Shown in pieces: positions 10,501-23,500 of a stretch of DNA of 64,000 bases. The stretch spans positions 1,922,001 to 1,986,000 of the forward strand of contig VJWM01000025.1 in assembly GCA_010909165.1 (NCBI GenBank), given 5' to 3'. The DNA comes from Anthoceros angustus (lineage: Eukaryota > Plantae > Anthocerotophyta). Below the pieces are notes generated by a model, which made no database searches, was not told the DNA's origin, and saw nothing but the letters and a program-made list of their open reading frames with translations. Position numbers and translations under genes: made by a program. Within the stretch, counting starts at the first letter, position 1; each line of letters begins with the position of its first letter.

Positions 10501-13445
10501 CCATGCCCGTCCCCGTCCCCGCCCCCGCCCCTCCTGCCTTTTTCTGACATACCGACAATGGTGGTATGCGGCCTTATGGTGGGTTTCCAGGTAAAGCGGC
10601 AGGAAGGAAGGAAAAGGAAGGCTGCCACAACCCACACAACCTACAACCCGCAACCCACACCTGCTGCCGGATGCCAAGGGTGTAAGTGGGCAAAGTTTTA
10701 CCCATGCGGCGCCGCAACACAGGGTGGTGAGACAGCCAAACGCTCACATGAACTATATTGAATGAATGAGAGAGAAGGCATTTGTTCCAGCTCCAGCAGT
10801 ACCTGCCTTCCCCATGATGGACCGATGCCACGAGCCAAGGGGGTCCCGCCCATCCCATAACGTGTGTCGTTGTAACGGGACGGGATTCGCTGGGGACGGT
10901 GTCAGAATCCATGCTTATCCGGTGGCCCTGCTGTAGCATGTCATACCATGTCCTGACGGTTACGGCTCCTGAGTCCTGACGGGGCCTTGTCCGAGACGGA
11001 GAACGAGGAGCACCAAGTCGCGCGTCTCCAACATAAGAAAGTTGACCGACATGAATGTCCGAAAATCCAAGCAAAGCATCCAATTAGTGAGAAATATGAT
11101 ATCATTTTGGGTAGGAGAAGAAGCAACGTGCTTGAAAGAGCACTAGGGAACATGGTGGTTAGTTGGGAATCCCAGACCGGGTGACCAGGCGTTTTACGCT
11201 GTTGCTGGGATGCTGTCGTGTGTCGTGTGTCGTGTGTCGTGGAAGGAGGAAGGAGGAAGGGAGGCGTGTGGAGAGCCAGGGAGTCCTTGACTGGGGACTG
11301 GGGACTGGGGACTGGGGTGGACAATGTAGATGAGCGTGTGATGAGGAAAGTTGCGGTGTTAACGCCGAGAATAGGGAAAGAAATAGAGGAGGGCAGGGCA
11401 GGGCATCCAGTGGCAGGTGGGTAGCAGGCCGAAATACCTAACCAGGCGGGCGATGATGAGGCCGGTGAGTTGTGTCCTGCCGAGCCCGACTCGGTCGGCA
11501 CCAGGATTAGCCCGCCTCAGGCCCTCGAGCCCAAGGGCGCGGCGGGCCCGCCCGCCCTTTCTTTGCCACTCCCGACCGCCCACCTTCCCGCCAGCGCCAG
11601 CGCCAGCGCCAGCTCGGTCGGACGCCTCCTAGCCCCCCATTGCCATGTCGCCCTTCTTCGAATCTGCATGCCTTTGCCTTTGCCTTTGCCTTATGCCTTG
11701 GCCCTGGCCCTGGCCCTGGCCCTGCACACACCACACACCACACACCACACACCACACATGCTGGCATCTCGTTATTTACTAGCCGGTAACGCCACGCGCC
11801 TCGCGCACTGCCGGTACATGAGCACAAAAAGAAAACACAGCACAGTGTCCAAGGCCCGGCTGGTCGTCGACCGGGGACGAGGCACGACCGCGACGCGGTC
11901 GCCCACCCTCACCCACTCGCTGCCCATCTCACCGGAGGTTAGGGCAAAAGCCAGGAGAGGCGCTCTGTTTGTCTCATGCTGCTGCACTAGGACACGGCAG
12001 AGGCAGCGGCACTGGCAGTGGCAGTGGCAGTGGCAGTAGCAGTGGCAGTGACAGTGGCAGTGATGAAAGTCATCCGGATCCATGGCGTCACTCACCGCCA
12101 CGTTGTGTCATGACAATCAGAGCGAGAGAGAGAGAGAGCGAGAGGGGCATTTGGTAAAGGCGGGTGGCCCCAGCTCCTGTCCACACTCTACACTCCTCAC
12201 TCCTCACTCCTCACTCCTCCTCACTCCACTCCAGTGCAGTCTACTCTAGACTAGCCACTCTCCACTCCACTCCAGTCCTGTCCGGTGACCAGTCCCAACG
12301 AGGCCAGACGGCTAGACTCGAGACTCTGACTGCAGCAAAGAAAGAGCAAGAGCAAGAGCACGACAAAAAGCAAGACATGGAAGCTGATGAACCTTTCTCG
12401 GCCTTGCCTCGTTCCTTCTTCGCTCTGGTCAGAGTGAAGACTGGTGGTGTCATGTTTCCCACACTTGCTCATGCTATGTAGACTATACTTGTCTTGTGGG
12501 CTGTTTTGTGGGCTCCGAATATACCCAGCCCCGACCTCCTCTTACAAGGCAACAATGCACCGGCGGTCGCTCTCGGTACATATGCGTACATGCCATTGCC
12601 TGCATACTTTATAACCTCCAATGTCTGCTGTACATAGCCAAACGAGGAGAAACAAAACCAGGAGCTCTCCTCACATCTCGTCTCCTGGAAGCTGCAGCTG
12701 CTCCTGCAGCAGTCCTTCTCCTGCTCGTACTAGATACACGAATACTGGTGTACCACACAAGTTGTATAAGGTGCTGGGTACAAGTAGTGTAAAGCAAAAT
12801 GTACATACCCATTATAAAGTAGGGTTGGAGGGGCGGAGATGGGATGGATGGTCTACCGGAAGTACGGACGGTCGGTTTTGGACTGTTCATTGTGCCATGC
12901 CCGTCCCGTCCGCCCCTGCCCCTCCTGCCTTTTTCTGACATACCGACAATGGTGGTATGCGGCCTTATGGTGGGTTTCCAGGTAAAGCGGCAGGAAGGAA
13001 AGGAAGGCTGCCACAACCCACAACCTACAACCCGCAACCCACACCTGCTGCCGGATGCCAAGGGTGTAAGTGGGCAAAGTTTTACCCATGCGGCGCCGCA
13101 ACACAGGGTGGTGAGACAGCCAAACGCTCACATGAACTATATTGAATGAATGAGAGAGAAGGCATTTGTTCCAGCTCCAGCAGTACCTGCCTTCCCCATG
13201 ATGGACCGATGCCACGAGCCAAGGGGGTCCCGCCCATCCCATAACGTGTGTCGTTGTAACGGGACGGGATTCGCTGGGGACGGTGTCAGAATCCATGCTT
13301 ATCCGGTGGCCCTGCTGTAGCATGTCATACCATGTCCTGACGGTTACGGCTCCTGAGTCCTGACGGGGCCTTGTCCGAGACGGAGAACGAGGAGCACCAA
13401 GTCGCGCGTCTCCAACATAAGAAAGTTGACCGACATGAATGTCCG
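7583..13445. repeat. Complex tandem duplication of the ARF upstream region, including a deleted copy of the ARF 5' leader
   Basis: About 7587-8780 recurs at about 11053-12240. About 8680-9200 recurs at 9740-10270 and 12140-12670. About 10260-11060 recurs at 12660-13445. 9210-9745 is a condensed copy of 7061-7109 plus 6280-6915. Confidence 0.9.
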
Positions 13446-15228
13446 CGTTCACACCTGGATGGACGGAACCTGCTTTGCTTGGCTTGGCTTTGGCTTTGGC
13501 TTTGGCTTTGCTTGCTGAGCCCGGGCCCCGGCTTGCCGCTTGCTTCAACTTGGCAGTGCCACGCCACACTCTGTCCCAAATATGACAAAGCGCTTTTATG
13601 AACAGAATCAGTCTGGCGAGGCCAAGGCTCGGGCGCGCAGCAGTCGGGATGCGTGCAGTGGCGCTCAGACCTCATCATTGCCTCTGCAAAACGTGGAGAA
13701 AGATGCACCGCGGCCAGGCCAGGCCTGGCCCGCTGCTTGCTGCTGCCTTGCGTCTTCCCAAAGCACTCTTTCACGCCATGTTCCCGCATCATGACCGCTC
13801 CCTCCTGCTCCAGCTCCTGCTCCTGCTCCTGCTCCTGCCAGTCACTGGCTCTCTGGCAGCGGCAGGAGCGGCTCTCAAATCCATGCAACAAAACAAAATG
13901 CAAGTGCAGTCCAAACTCCTCGGCATCATCCTAGTCACACAGCTTTGCAACGGCTCTCGTCCTTTTTCCCTCTTCCTGCTCCTCCTCCTGTTCCTGCTCC
14001 AGCTCCTGCTCCTGCTCCTGCTCCCGCTCCCGCTCCCGCTCCCGCACCGCATCATATGTACTGGAGTAAAATAATAATGCAACTGCACAGGCGCAGGACA
14101 CTGCCATCCATGTCGCCCCCTCTCTATTGAGCTGCATACCATTTCAATCAATTTGTACTGCACAAATCGCAGCTCCCCTCCACTGGCTTGTGGATACATA
14201 CACTGCACTGCACGACATATATCACATCAAATCAAATTTGCTGCCACCGCCAATTGCAAGGCCTTGTTCCCCTGGGATACCTTTTCTTGAGAGGGAAAGA
14301 TGGAAGGAAGCACGCAGGCGAGCCGGCTCTGGCAGCGGCATGTCATGTGCCACATGTGGGACAGGCAGAAGGAAAGGGAAAACAAGAGCGGGCCAGGAGC
14401 GAGGAGAGCCGGGTGCGCACAGACAGCAACCGACATGCCGCGCTTTCTCTTTCTCTTGCAGGATCCGGCGGACCGCACAGCACAACGCAACAAGGCACCG
14501 CACCTCCTTCCTTCCCACCTCATCAAGTCGGCTACGACAAGGAATCCCAGAACTCGCAATCAACGATGCGCGGCCCGCCTGCCCCCGCGTGCATGCGCCT
14601 CGGGAACGCAACGCAGGCGGGCGCGGCAACGGGAACGGGAACGGAAACGGAAACGGAAACGGAAATCGAAACGGAAAGCGGACACAGGATGCAAGCAACC
14701 GGGGGAAGGTTCTGGACTGGATGAAAACCGTCATGGCAGGTAAGAAAGTGCATGGCCAGGGCCAGACAGCGATAAGGACAAGGAGCAGGAACATCATCGT
14801 CGTCACCATGCGCTTGTCTGTATGGGAGGAGAGAGAAGGCATCTTGCTTTACCTCATCTCTCTCAACAGACTTCCATCAGCACAAACAGCAACTCTACTT
14901 GAGAGCAACACAACCCCCTCATCACATCACACACACGGACACTCCAGAATTCAAAAGGTGTACATACACGAAAACAGTAGAGTGTGTGTCCAGCCAACTT
15001 GAGGCTTATTGTACACGCAATGGCAATGGCAATAGCACTTGCACAGCGCCTACGGGATGGAAGAAAAGACTGTAGCATGACTGATCATCCAGGCCTGACC
15101 AGCTTGCAAGCATAACATATCGAATACATTAGATAAGGTAGCATACGCCTGGGTTGAAATACTAGTTGATGATGAATGCACCTCTCGTTAGGGTTGTGTC
15201 GCTAAGCTGGACTCCCTCCTTATCCTCT

Positions 15229-17631
15229 CTATGATCCGCAGCTGGTGGCATCGGGAAGGATGGTGAGGCGACGCACGGATTGCATGAAAATCCTGCACCC
15301 ACGAGCAAGCAAGCAAGCATTGGTGATGGGTGAGACAGGGGGTTCAGTATGTGGGTAGGGTGTGGGAGAATGGAGAGGGGGCAGTTACTACCTGTAGGGC
15401 TCGTAGCCGACTTGGAGAGTGGAGCCTTCCGAGTTCCGATACACCAAATTCTTCTGCAGCTCCACCTTGTCCATGCAGAACATGCTTGCTAACCGGCCAA
15501 ACAGTTCGTCGTAGTTGCTGAAGATGGCCAGGTCCACGGTCCGGCCTACCTCCTCACTGTCTTTGAACACCTTGCAGTGCGAGAAAGAGTCGAAAAAGAA
15601 CCTATCCGCCTTCTCCTTGAATGCTGGCATGGCTTGCTCCTTGAACCACTTGGGTCCGCCCGCAGCAGCAGCGGCAACAGCAGCATGTGAGTAGAGCCGG
15701 TGGAGGTGGTCAACCTCGTACTTGGAGGCATAGCTCCCCCCTCGTGCCTGTCCCGAATCCCCTGACAAGTTGTGGACTTCACCGGGACCAGCAGCAGCGA
15801 AGGAGTCATGCTGCCTGGCGCAAGAAGAACCGGTCTTGTCGGCCAGGTCTATTGCCTGCCCGAACAGTAGAAACGGAGCAGTCTTGGACGACCCGTTAGT
15901 CACCGGGGCTGCGGCCACCTGAGACACGGCACTTGTAGTCCTCAAGCCCCCAGACCAGTCCTGATGCTGCAGCCCCGGGCTCCCTCCCGAAGTATACAAA
16001 GACAGCCCATGGTTCTGCACCACCACTCCACCACCACCACCCCTCTCCTGCTGACGATACACATGGTCCAAAAGCATCCCAGCCGGAACTGGGACAGGGC
16101 CCTTCTTGGCACGCAAGGCTGAAAAGACTTGCCCGTCGAACCGTTCTTGCCTGGCTTCCTGCATGCCTGCAGGGATGTCTTCCACAAGACCCCACGGAGA
16201 GATGGGCCCTAGAGCCGCCGCCATGGACATGCCTTGCAGAGCATACTCTGAGTTCCGCGAATTCTTCTTGGGCAGCGCGAACGGAGGCAGCTGCATGGGC
16301 AGGGTGGACACCAGCTCCACCTGCCAAGGACTCACCCTGCTCACCCCCTGCAGCAAGTCCGGCTCGTCCCAAGTCACCTGTTCCACACACAACCACCGCA
16401 TAGGCAGGGCAGGAAGAATTCAGAAATGGGTTGTGAACCAATACATTCCTGCGGATAAGGGGTTGCATTCCTGCAGATAAGAAAGGAAGAATGCAATGAC
16501 ACGAGATGAGGCACCCACCTGCAGCACACGCCAAGGAGACTTGGGCCAAAAGTGAGGATCCGCCGGCTGCACCGCCGCAATGGTGCCCATGAACCAGCTG
16601 ATCCTGGACGAATCCTCCGTCTCGAACGCCATCTTAAACCTCATCCCCGTATACCAAGTGCGATCCAACGCAGCCTTCACAGACCTTGCCTTGACGCAGA
16701 ATTCAGCCGTGCTAGCCCTGGGGTAATAGACGACCTCAAACGGATGCCCGGCCACAGCCAACGACACCGCCTCCACCACGGACTTAGCCGTAACCCGGGC
16801 CCGGTTCCTGGCAAAGCTGCTAGCGCTGGGGGCTCTCCCGCCAGCCCCGCCATTCTCCCCCAAAAATTCCGCAAACCCACCATCAGCCGGCTTCACCTCC
16901 CACCTCCCCGGGCGTGCTCCTCGCTCCAGAATGCCACGAAGCCGCATCCCCAGCCGCCCCATTCCCCCGCATAGACCTCCTCACCCCGACGCAGAGCTCC
17001 CCGGTCGCGCTCCGCAGAAACACGATAGCATCCCCGGCCACCAGCTTCTTGTGGTTCACGAATGCGCTCCATCCCGTAGTGAGCAGGTGCCGGCGCGGCG
17101 TCCCCCTGTAGATGTGCCGGAACCTCCAGGTCTCCCCGTGCACGTCCTTGGCCAGCACCGTCTGCACCGGCGGGTCGACGGTGTAGTCCAGCGGCGGGAA
17201 GATGGTCTCGGCGCAGTAGCGCGGCACCGAGAACCCCCCCCCGTTGTTGGCATCGCTCTGCGTGAGCGTCTTGGCGAAGGACGCAGGCTTGTCCGGCGGC
17301 GGGGACGGGGTCCCCGTTCCCGCCCCCCCGTTCCCCGTCACTCCGGTTCCCGCGTCCGAGTCCCCGTCCGCCATGGCCGCCTCCCCGCCCTCCGGCTGCA
17401 GCCGCATGCGCGCGTACACCTCGTCCGTCTCGGTGTCCGCCAGGAAGTGCAGCGAGGTGACCCGGCAGGGGATGCTGCCCGCCGGGCCCAGGCTGCGCGG
17501 GAAGTCCACGCTGCTGGCCGCCTGCTCGCCGTGGCCCTGCGGGAAGTAGATCACCTTGGTTCCCACCGTCGGCAGCTGCACCATCCCGCCCGCGCACGCG
17601 TGCCACAGCTGCGAATCCAGCCCCGCTCCAT
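15229..17631 (-). CDS. ARF: Second class C ARF, same 3-exon structure (about 17631-16519, 16377-15392, 15292-15229); frameshifted as assembled
   Basis: Same DBD, ARF and PB1 motifs as the first ARF, with introns 16518-16378 and 15391-15293. There is a +1 frameshift near 16905-16925 (SWHSGA.. to RPGRWEVK). The probable start ATG GAG CGG GG at 17631 is one base short of frame with LDSQLW. Confidence 0.85.
16148..16168 (-). promoter_or_regulatory. miR160 site of second ARF with a mismatch opposite miRNA position 10
   Basis: mRNA reads GGCATGCAGGAAGCCAGGCA (peptide AGMQEARQ). Plus-strand T at 16157 replaces the C of the canonical site. Confidence 0.8.
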
Positions 17632-17940
17632 TTCTCCTCCTCCAATTCCACCCCGCCGCTCCACCACCAAAAACCCTTGCTCTGCTCCGCTTGCCTACGC
17701 TCCTTCTCCTTCCTCCTCCTCCTCCTCTCGCTGGGGAAGGGCGGGAGCCGCTGCTGCTGCTGCTGCCATGGACAGGAGGCGGCGGAGCTCGCGCATTGGC
17801 CGAGCCAGGGAAGAAGACGAGGAAGCGGAAGCGGAAGAGGAAGAGGAAGAGGAAGAGGAAGGAGGAGAAATGCGGCGGAGACGAATGGGAGGAGGAGAAG
17901 CAGGAGAAGGCAACGAGCACGATGAGGGAAGGAGGCCGGC

Positions 17941-17994
17941 GCATGTGCCAAGTGGGACTTGGGTGCCGTGACACTCTCTTCACCTCTTCCGACA
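17941..17994. promoter_or_regulatory. Paralogous copy of the ARF upstream module
   Basis: gcatgtgccaagtgggacttgggtgccgtgac followed by cacctcttccgacatc; homologous to 6941-7011. Confidence 0.6.
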
Positions 17995-20137
17995 TCGCCA
18001 TCACTTCAACCCCGACCTCACCCGGACCCGGCACCGGCACCCGGCACCGGCACCGGCACCGGCACCGGGGGACCCGGTCCTTTTCTGCCTTTGCTTTTTT
18101 TTATCCGCAACCTTTGTCCGCTCCCTCCTACTTCCCGGGCCGGACATTTACCGCTCCCACCTACCCGCATTATGTTGGCTTCCTGTCGCATACAATAACC
18201 TATCCAGTACATACCCACACATGTATGCATGTACATACGTACATTCCTTCCTTCTACAACCTCCTCCTCCTCCTCCTCCTCCTCCTCCTCCTCCGGTCCT
18301 GTCGTTTGGGCCGCTTTACACGCCACTGCTGCTATGCTCTTCTCTGCTGCCAAAGTAGGGCCAAACCAGGAAACCAAACCGAGATCAACCGGATCTGTAT
18401 TCAATCAATAACATTTGTTCACTAATTTGCATCCTTGTTGGCCCTTTCAGAAAACATGTAACTCCGGATGGGATGACCTCTCCGGCTTGTAGGAGCAGCT
18501 GGAGCAACGCATCTTGAAGGAACAAGCACTTCGAGTTGATGTTGTAGGGCTCAAGTGGATCCAGCCTGTGAGAGTGCACGTTGCAGGAATCCAGGATGAG
18601 CGCTCTTCGATGTTCCTTGCCGAAGGGGTCCCAAGTCGAACATATTCTGGTGCCAGTCTTGAGTTTGCACACAGGCTGGTCCTGTTGTCGTGGAAGCATC
18701 CCATATTTTTGGGGTCTTGTGGGCTCGTTTAGCCCTCTTGGACAGAGGTTGCAAACGGTCTGGTATGTGTTGGAGAACTGTGGTCTTCGAGTCGACTAAC
18801 AGCACAGGGATGGCCATCTTGATGGGAGCCTATTAATTAACCCATCACTTCCGGTTCCGGTTGTGTGGGCAGAGCCCAGGTCGTCGTCGTCGTGTGTTGC
18901 CATGCGGACTTGGGGGAACACATATGCGGTGTGATGTGGGAGCGGACATCCCCGAGATGTGAACCTTCTCCCCAAGTGCTGACAGGTGTAAATGGTCATT
19001 TGCCTCCAGAACGTCAGCATGGTGGAGAGGCCAAACTGTCATACGTTCTGGTAAACCCGCCGGGTGTTAAACGCCTCCCAAGCCTTGCACGACTTTGAGG
19101 GCACGAAGATCAAGATATAGCGGATCAAGGCAAGCTTGGAGCAACAGGTTGAGGTTCAACTGAGAAGGCTGCAGGACGGGAACCGAGGCCTCATCTACAT
19201 CTTTCTAGGTGCCCGCCCATGTATCTCCAAATGTTGGCCAGAGTTGGGGCATCGTCCCCAGTCTCACGATCGCCTCAGTGACGACGACTCAAAGGCAAAG
19301 TATATGTCGTGACGCAGGTGGATGAAGTTAAGGAGAAACACAAGCCTCCGAGGGATTCTCAAGAGAATATCACGACTCATCCAACGCTTCTGCTCCAGTG
19401 TCTGTCAAAGTGTCTGGCTCTAGCTCTTGTGAACGTCACGCTGATCAGCCTGCGTCTGGCTGCAACCAACTTGAACAAGGTTTCAAAGGGACACAGTGAA
19501 GAAGTGGAGAAACCGTCTGTCGCTCATCCAACACATATCCCTAGTCCTTGCATCTGGTGAGGAGGAGAATCTGAAAGGGAAGACTGACAGACTCGAATGA
19601 CAAACTGGGGGATTGTGCACCAGCTTGGTCCTCCTATACCATGCATCCCACAGTGAGTGTACCATATTCCTCTCCGTCTCCTTGTGCTGGTTAACTACTG
19701 CATCCTTCAGACGGTTCTCGATTCGGAAGTGTTTCTTCTCCGTAGGGTGTCTATCCTCCTCAAAGTTCTTACCCCCCTGAGTGAAATACGTCGCGGACGC
19801 TATGCAAGAATCTTACCACTAGAACAACAAGAACAAATGTCGTACAATTTGAAAGATAGGTCCAACCACATTATTTTCGAAGCAAGAACCCAAACTGGTG
19901 AAAACGTAATCACCCAGATTTTGCGTCGGTAAGCCGGGAGTAAGTTAACAGCAGGATAAGGGGCGTAAGTGAGCGTCCCGTTATCCATCCCGGCTGTGTG
20001 GTCTCCCAGGGGGCACATGAATCGGATCAGTCGGCGGCAGTAGCTGCCATGGATCTGTCCAAGGCAGCTTGACACCATGCGGTGTCAAGTGTGAAGCTCG
20101 GCAGACTGCGGATGCGCTGCAAGCAACGTCAGGTACC

Positions 20138-20469
20138 ATGTCTCTCCTGCCCACGAGGCCCTTCTCTGCTGCATCCGCAGGCCTTGCGCATCCGTCCAGC
20201 CACAAGTCGCCTGGAGTGGGCCTGACTTGGAGTGGAAGAGATTGTGGAAGGAGCTCCCATCTAAAAGGCTGCTGCGCGGACAATTCCCGATTCTCAGTTT
20301 GGGGCTCTAAACTAGTACTGAAGGAGTGGGGATTTCTAGACAATGCGGGGACCACGTTGCGGTGGAGGGGAAGGGCAAGGGCAAGGGCAAGGGCAAGGGC
20401 AAGGGCTGCTGGAGGTGGGGAGGGAGTTGGCAATGCCGAGCAGGCCTTCTTCCAGGATTTGGATACCCA

Positions 20470-20501
<32 letters not shown>

Positions 20502-23500
20502 CGGATTCAGGACCTGTAGCCCATTACCAGAATGGCACGGTCCACCAACTGGGACTCGTGCAAGGTAAACATGGTGCGGCAAGTGGGGCACTTCTGGCTG
20601 CCCAGGCCGAGCCACGGGAGTGGAGAATTGGAGCAGGCATATGGAGAGACATTATGCGGCGGTTGCCCAGCTATGCCAGTGATTTCGCTGATGGGTTGCA
20701 CCCGAAAGCCGCGGCTTCTGTCTTCTTTCTCTACTTTGCTTGTCTGGCTCCCTGCATTGCCTTCGGCGGGTTTGTACCCCTCTGTAGCCCACTGCCATTT
20801 CGTCCTTCACAATGGGTAGATTTGAGAGATGGCAGCAGTACTAGCAGTAGCAGAGGGACTGTCTCCCTTCATGTGCACCGCATGTAAGCCTTGGCCGCCC
20901 TGCAAATATCAGGTTGATCTCTCATGTGACTGGAGGGTCTATCGGAGTCGTGGAGACTATTGTTGGGACTGCAGGTACCATAGCTACAGTTCTGATTTTC
21001 TCCTTTCCCTTTTCCTTGGCTAAGACTCATCGAATTCGGTTACCTCACGGTGCAGATGCACGCACTTGCTTGTTCCAGGTTCAGGTATCCTGTATGCACT
21101 CACTGCAGGACAGCCCTTGACCCTTTTGGGTCCCACAGGGTTGATGGTGGTCTTTTCGGGTCTGCTGTACAAGGTGCTGTTTCTTTCTTTTTGCCAAGAC
21201 GCGATGCATGGTTCAACTAGAGCAAGAGGCTAATGCCGACAAGTATGTTCGCATTTGCAGGGTACCCATCAAATGGGTCTTCCCTTCTTGCCCATTTATG
21301 GCTGGGTCGGAATATGGTCGTGCCTCTACCTTCTTCTGCTGGCTGCCATCGAAGCAAGTGATTTGGTAAGCTACGTTGAAAGCCATAACACACTCTTCGA
21401 CGAGGCTGTTTTTATCTACTTCTCACCTGTCTGTTAACTGCAGATTCGTCATTTCACTCGTTTCACGGACGAGACTTTTTCCGCCCTCATCTCCCTTGGA
21501 TATATATCCGAAGCATGGAAGGTTTGTTATCCCTCCCCTTATGGCTACTTTTATAGTATGATCCGTTTGAACGCTGAAACACCCAAGATATCATGACTGG
21601 TCGCTTCTGGCAGAGCATATGCAACATGTTCGGACCAGCAAGTCCCTTCCCGACAGAATCAGCCTTCTTGTCGTTAGTTCTGGCTGCTGGCACCTGGAGA
21701 ATGGCGACTTTCCTTACTCAGGTTGGCACCACACCCTGTTCACCTGCATTCTTTGTAGTCGATGGACATGAGCAAGGAAGCCAACATAACTTGGTGTCGT
21801 TTGCTTCTTCACCTGAGTGCATATGGTGTTGGCAGCTCAGAACCTCCGGCTCCTGACAAGACCCTTGAGATACGTACTTGCTGACTTTGGACCACCGTTG
21901 GCAATTCTCACCATGGCAGCTGCTGCTCATCTCCTCTTCCGGCAATCCAGCTTCCGGAACTGGCTATTCCAGCGCAATTCTCAACCACCTCTGGGCGGCC
22001 ATGGCTAGTCCCTCTCTTCTCCATCCCACCATGGGCTATTGCTGGAGCAGCTGTTCCAGCTGCCCTCTTGACCCTTTTGGTCTTCCTGGATCAGGTTCAT
22101 AATCCAACTTGCCAGGTTTCTCAGTTGACAAGGGTGCAAGGATTATCAGGGTGCTCTATGACGTATTATCTGATGGGGGTGCACCAATATGCCAGAATAT
22201 CACCACAAGACTCATAAACAGTCCGGAGAATCACTTGAAGAAGGGGGAAGGTTATCACCTAGACTTGGCTGTTCTTGGATGTAAGTACGTTGAACGTTTT
22301 TTTTCTTTTTGCCAAGACGCGATGCATGGTTCAACTAGAGCAAGAGGCTAATGCCGACAAGTATGTTCGCATTTGCAGGGTACCCATCAAATGGGTCTTC
22401 CCTTCTTGCCCATTTATGGCTGGGTCGGAATATGGTCGTGCCTCTACCTTCTTCTGCTGGCTGCCATCGAAGCAAGTGATTTGGTAAGCTACGTTGAAAG
22501 CCATAACACACTCTTCGACGAGGCTGTTTTTATCTACTTCTCACCTGTCTGTTAACTGCAGATTCGTCATTTCACTCGTTTCACGGACGAGACTTTTCCG
22601 CCCTCATCTCCTTGGATATATATCCGAAGCATGGAAGGTTTGTTATCCCTCCCCTTATGGCTACTTTTATAGTATGATCCGTTTGAACGCTGAAACACCC
22701 AAGATATCATGACTGGTCGCTTCTGGCAGAGCATATGCAACATGTTCGGACCAGCAAGTCCCTTCCCGACAGAATCAGCCTTCTTGTCGTTAGTTCTGGC
22801 TGCTGGCACCTGGAGAATGGCGACTTTCCTTACTCAGGTTGGCACCACACCCTGTTCACCTGCATTCTTTGTAGTCGATGGACATGAGCAAGGAAGCCAA
22901 CATAACTTGGTGTCGTTTGCTTCTTCACCTGAGTGCATATGGTGTTGGCAGCTCAGAACCTCCCGGCTCCTGACAAGACCCTTGAGATACGTACTTGCTG
23001 ACTTTGGACCACCGTTGGCAATTCTCACCATGGCAGCTGCTGCTCATCTCCTCTTCCCGGCAATCCAGCTTCCGGAACTGGCTATTCCAGCGCAATTCTC
23101 AACCACCTCTGGGCGGCCATGGCTAGTCCCTCTCTTCTCCATCCCACCATGGGCTATTGCTGGAGCAGCTGTTCCAGCTGCCCTCTTGACCCTTTTGGTC
23201 TTCCTGGATCAGGTTCATAATCCAACTTGCCAGGTTTCTCAGTTGACAAGGGTGCAAGGATTATCAGGGTGCTCTATGACGTATTATCTGATGGGGGTGC
23301 ACCAATATGCCAGAATATCACCACAAGACTCATAAACAGTCCGGAGAATCACTTGAAGAAGGGGGAAGGTTATCACCTAGACTTGGCTGTTCTTGGATGT
23401 AAGTACGTTGAACGTTTTTTTTTCTTTCTGATGGTGTCTTAGATCAAAGGTTGGACCGCTGGAGGCTAGAGTCTCTGTCTGTATTGTGCAGTGCTGATGG

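Noticed and set aside
6300-14850. Numerous 60-290 aa ORFs with poly-P, poly-L, WQWQ, KAKA, PFPF and similar runs
   Set aside because: They arise from GC-rich hexamer and trimer microsatellites and duplicated promoter DNA, and have no domain signatures. The hydrophobic start of ORF 14222-14842 is not enough to call a secreted peptide.
18420-19700. Coding-like stretch between the second ARF and the transporter
   Set aside because: Short frames with stops on both strands and no motif I can recognise; left unannotated.
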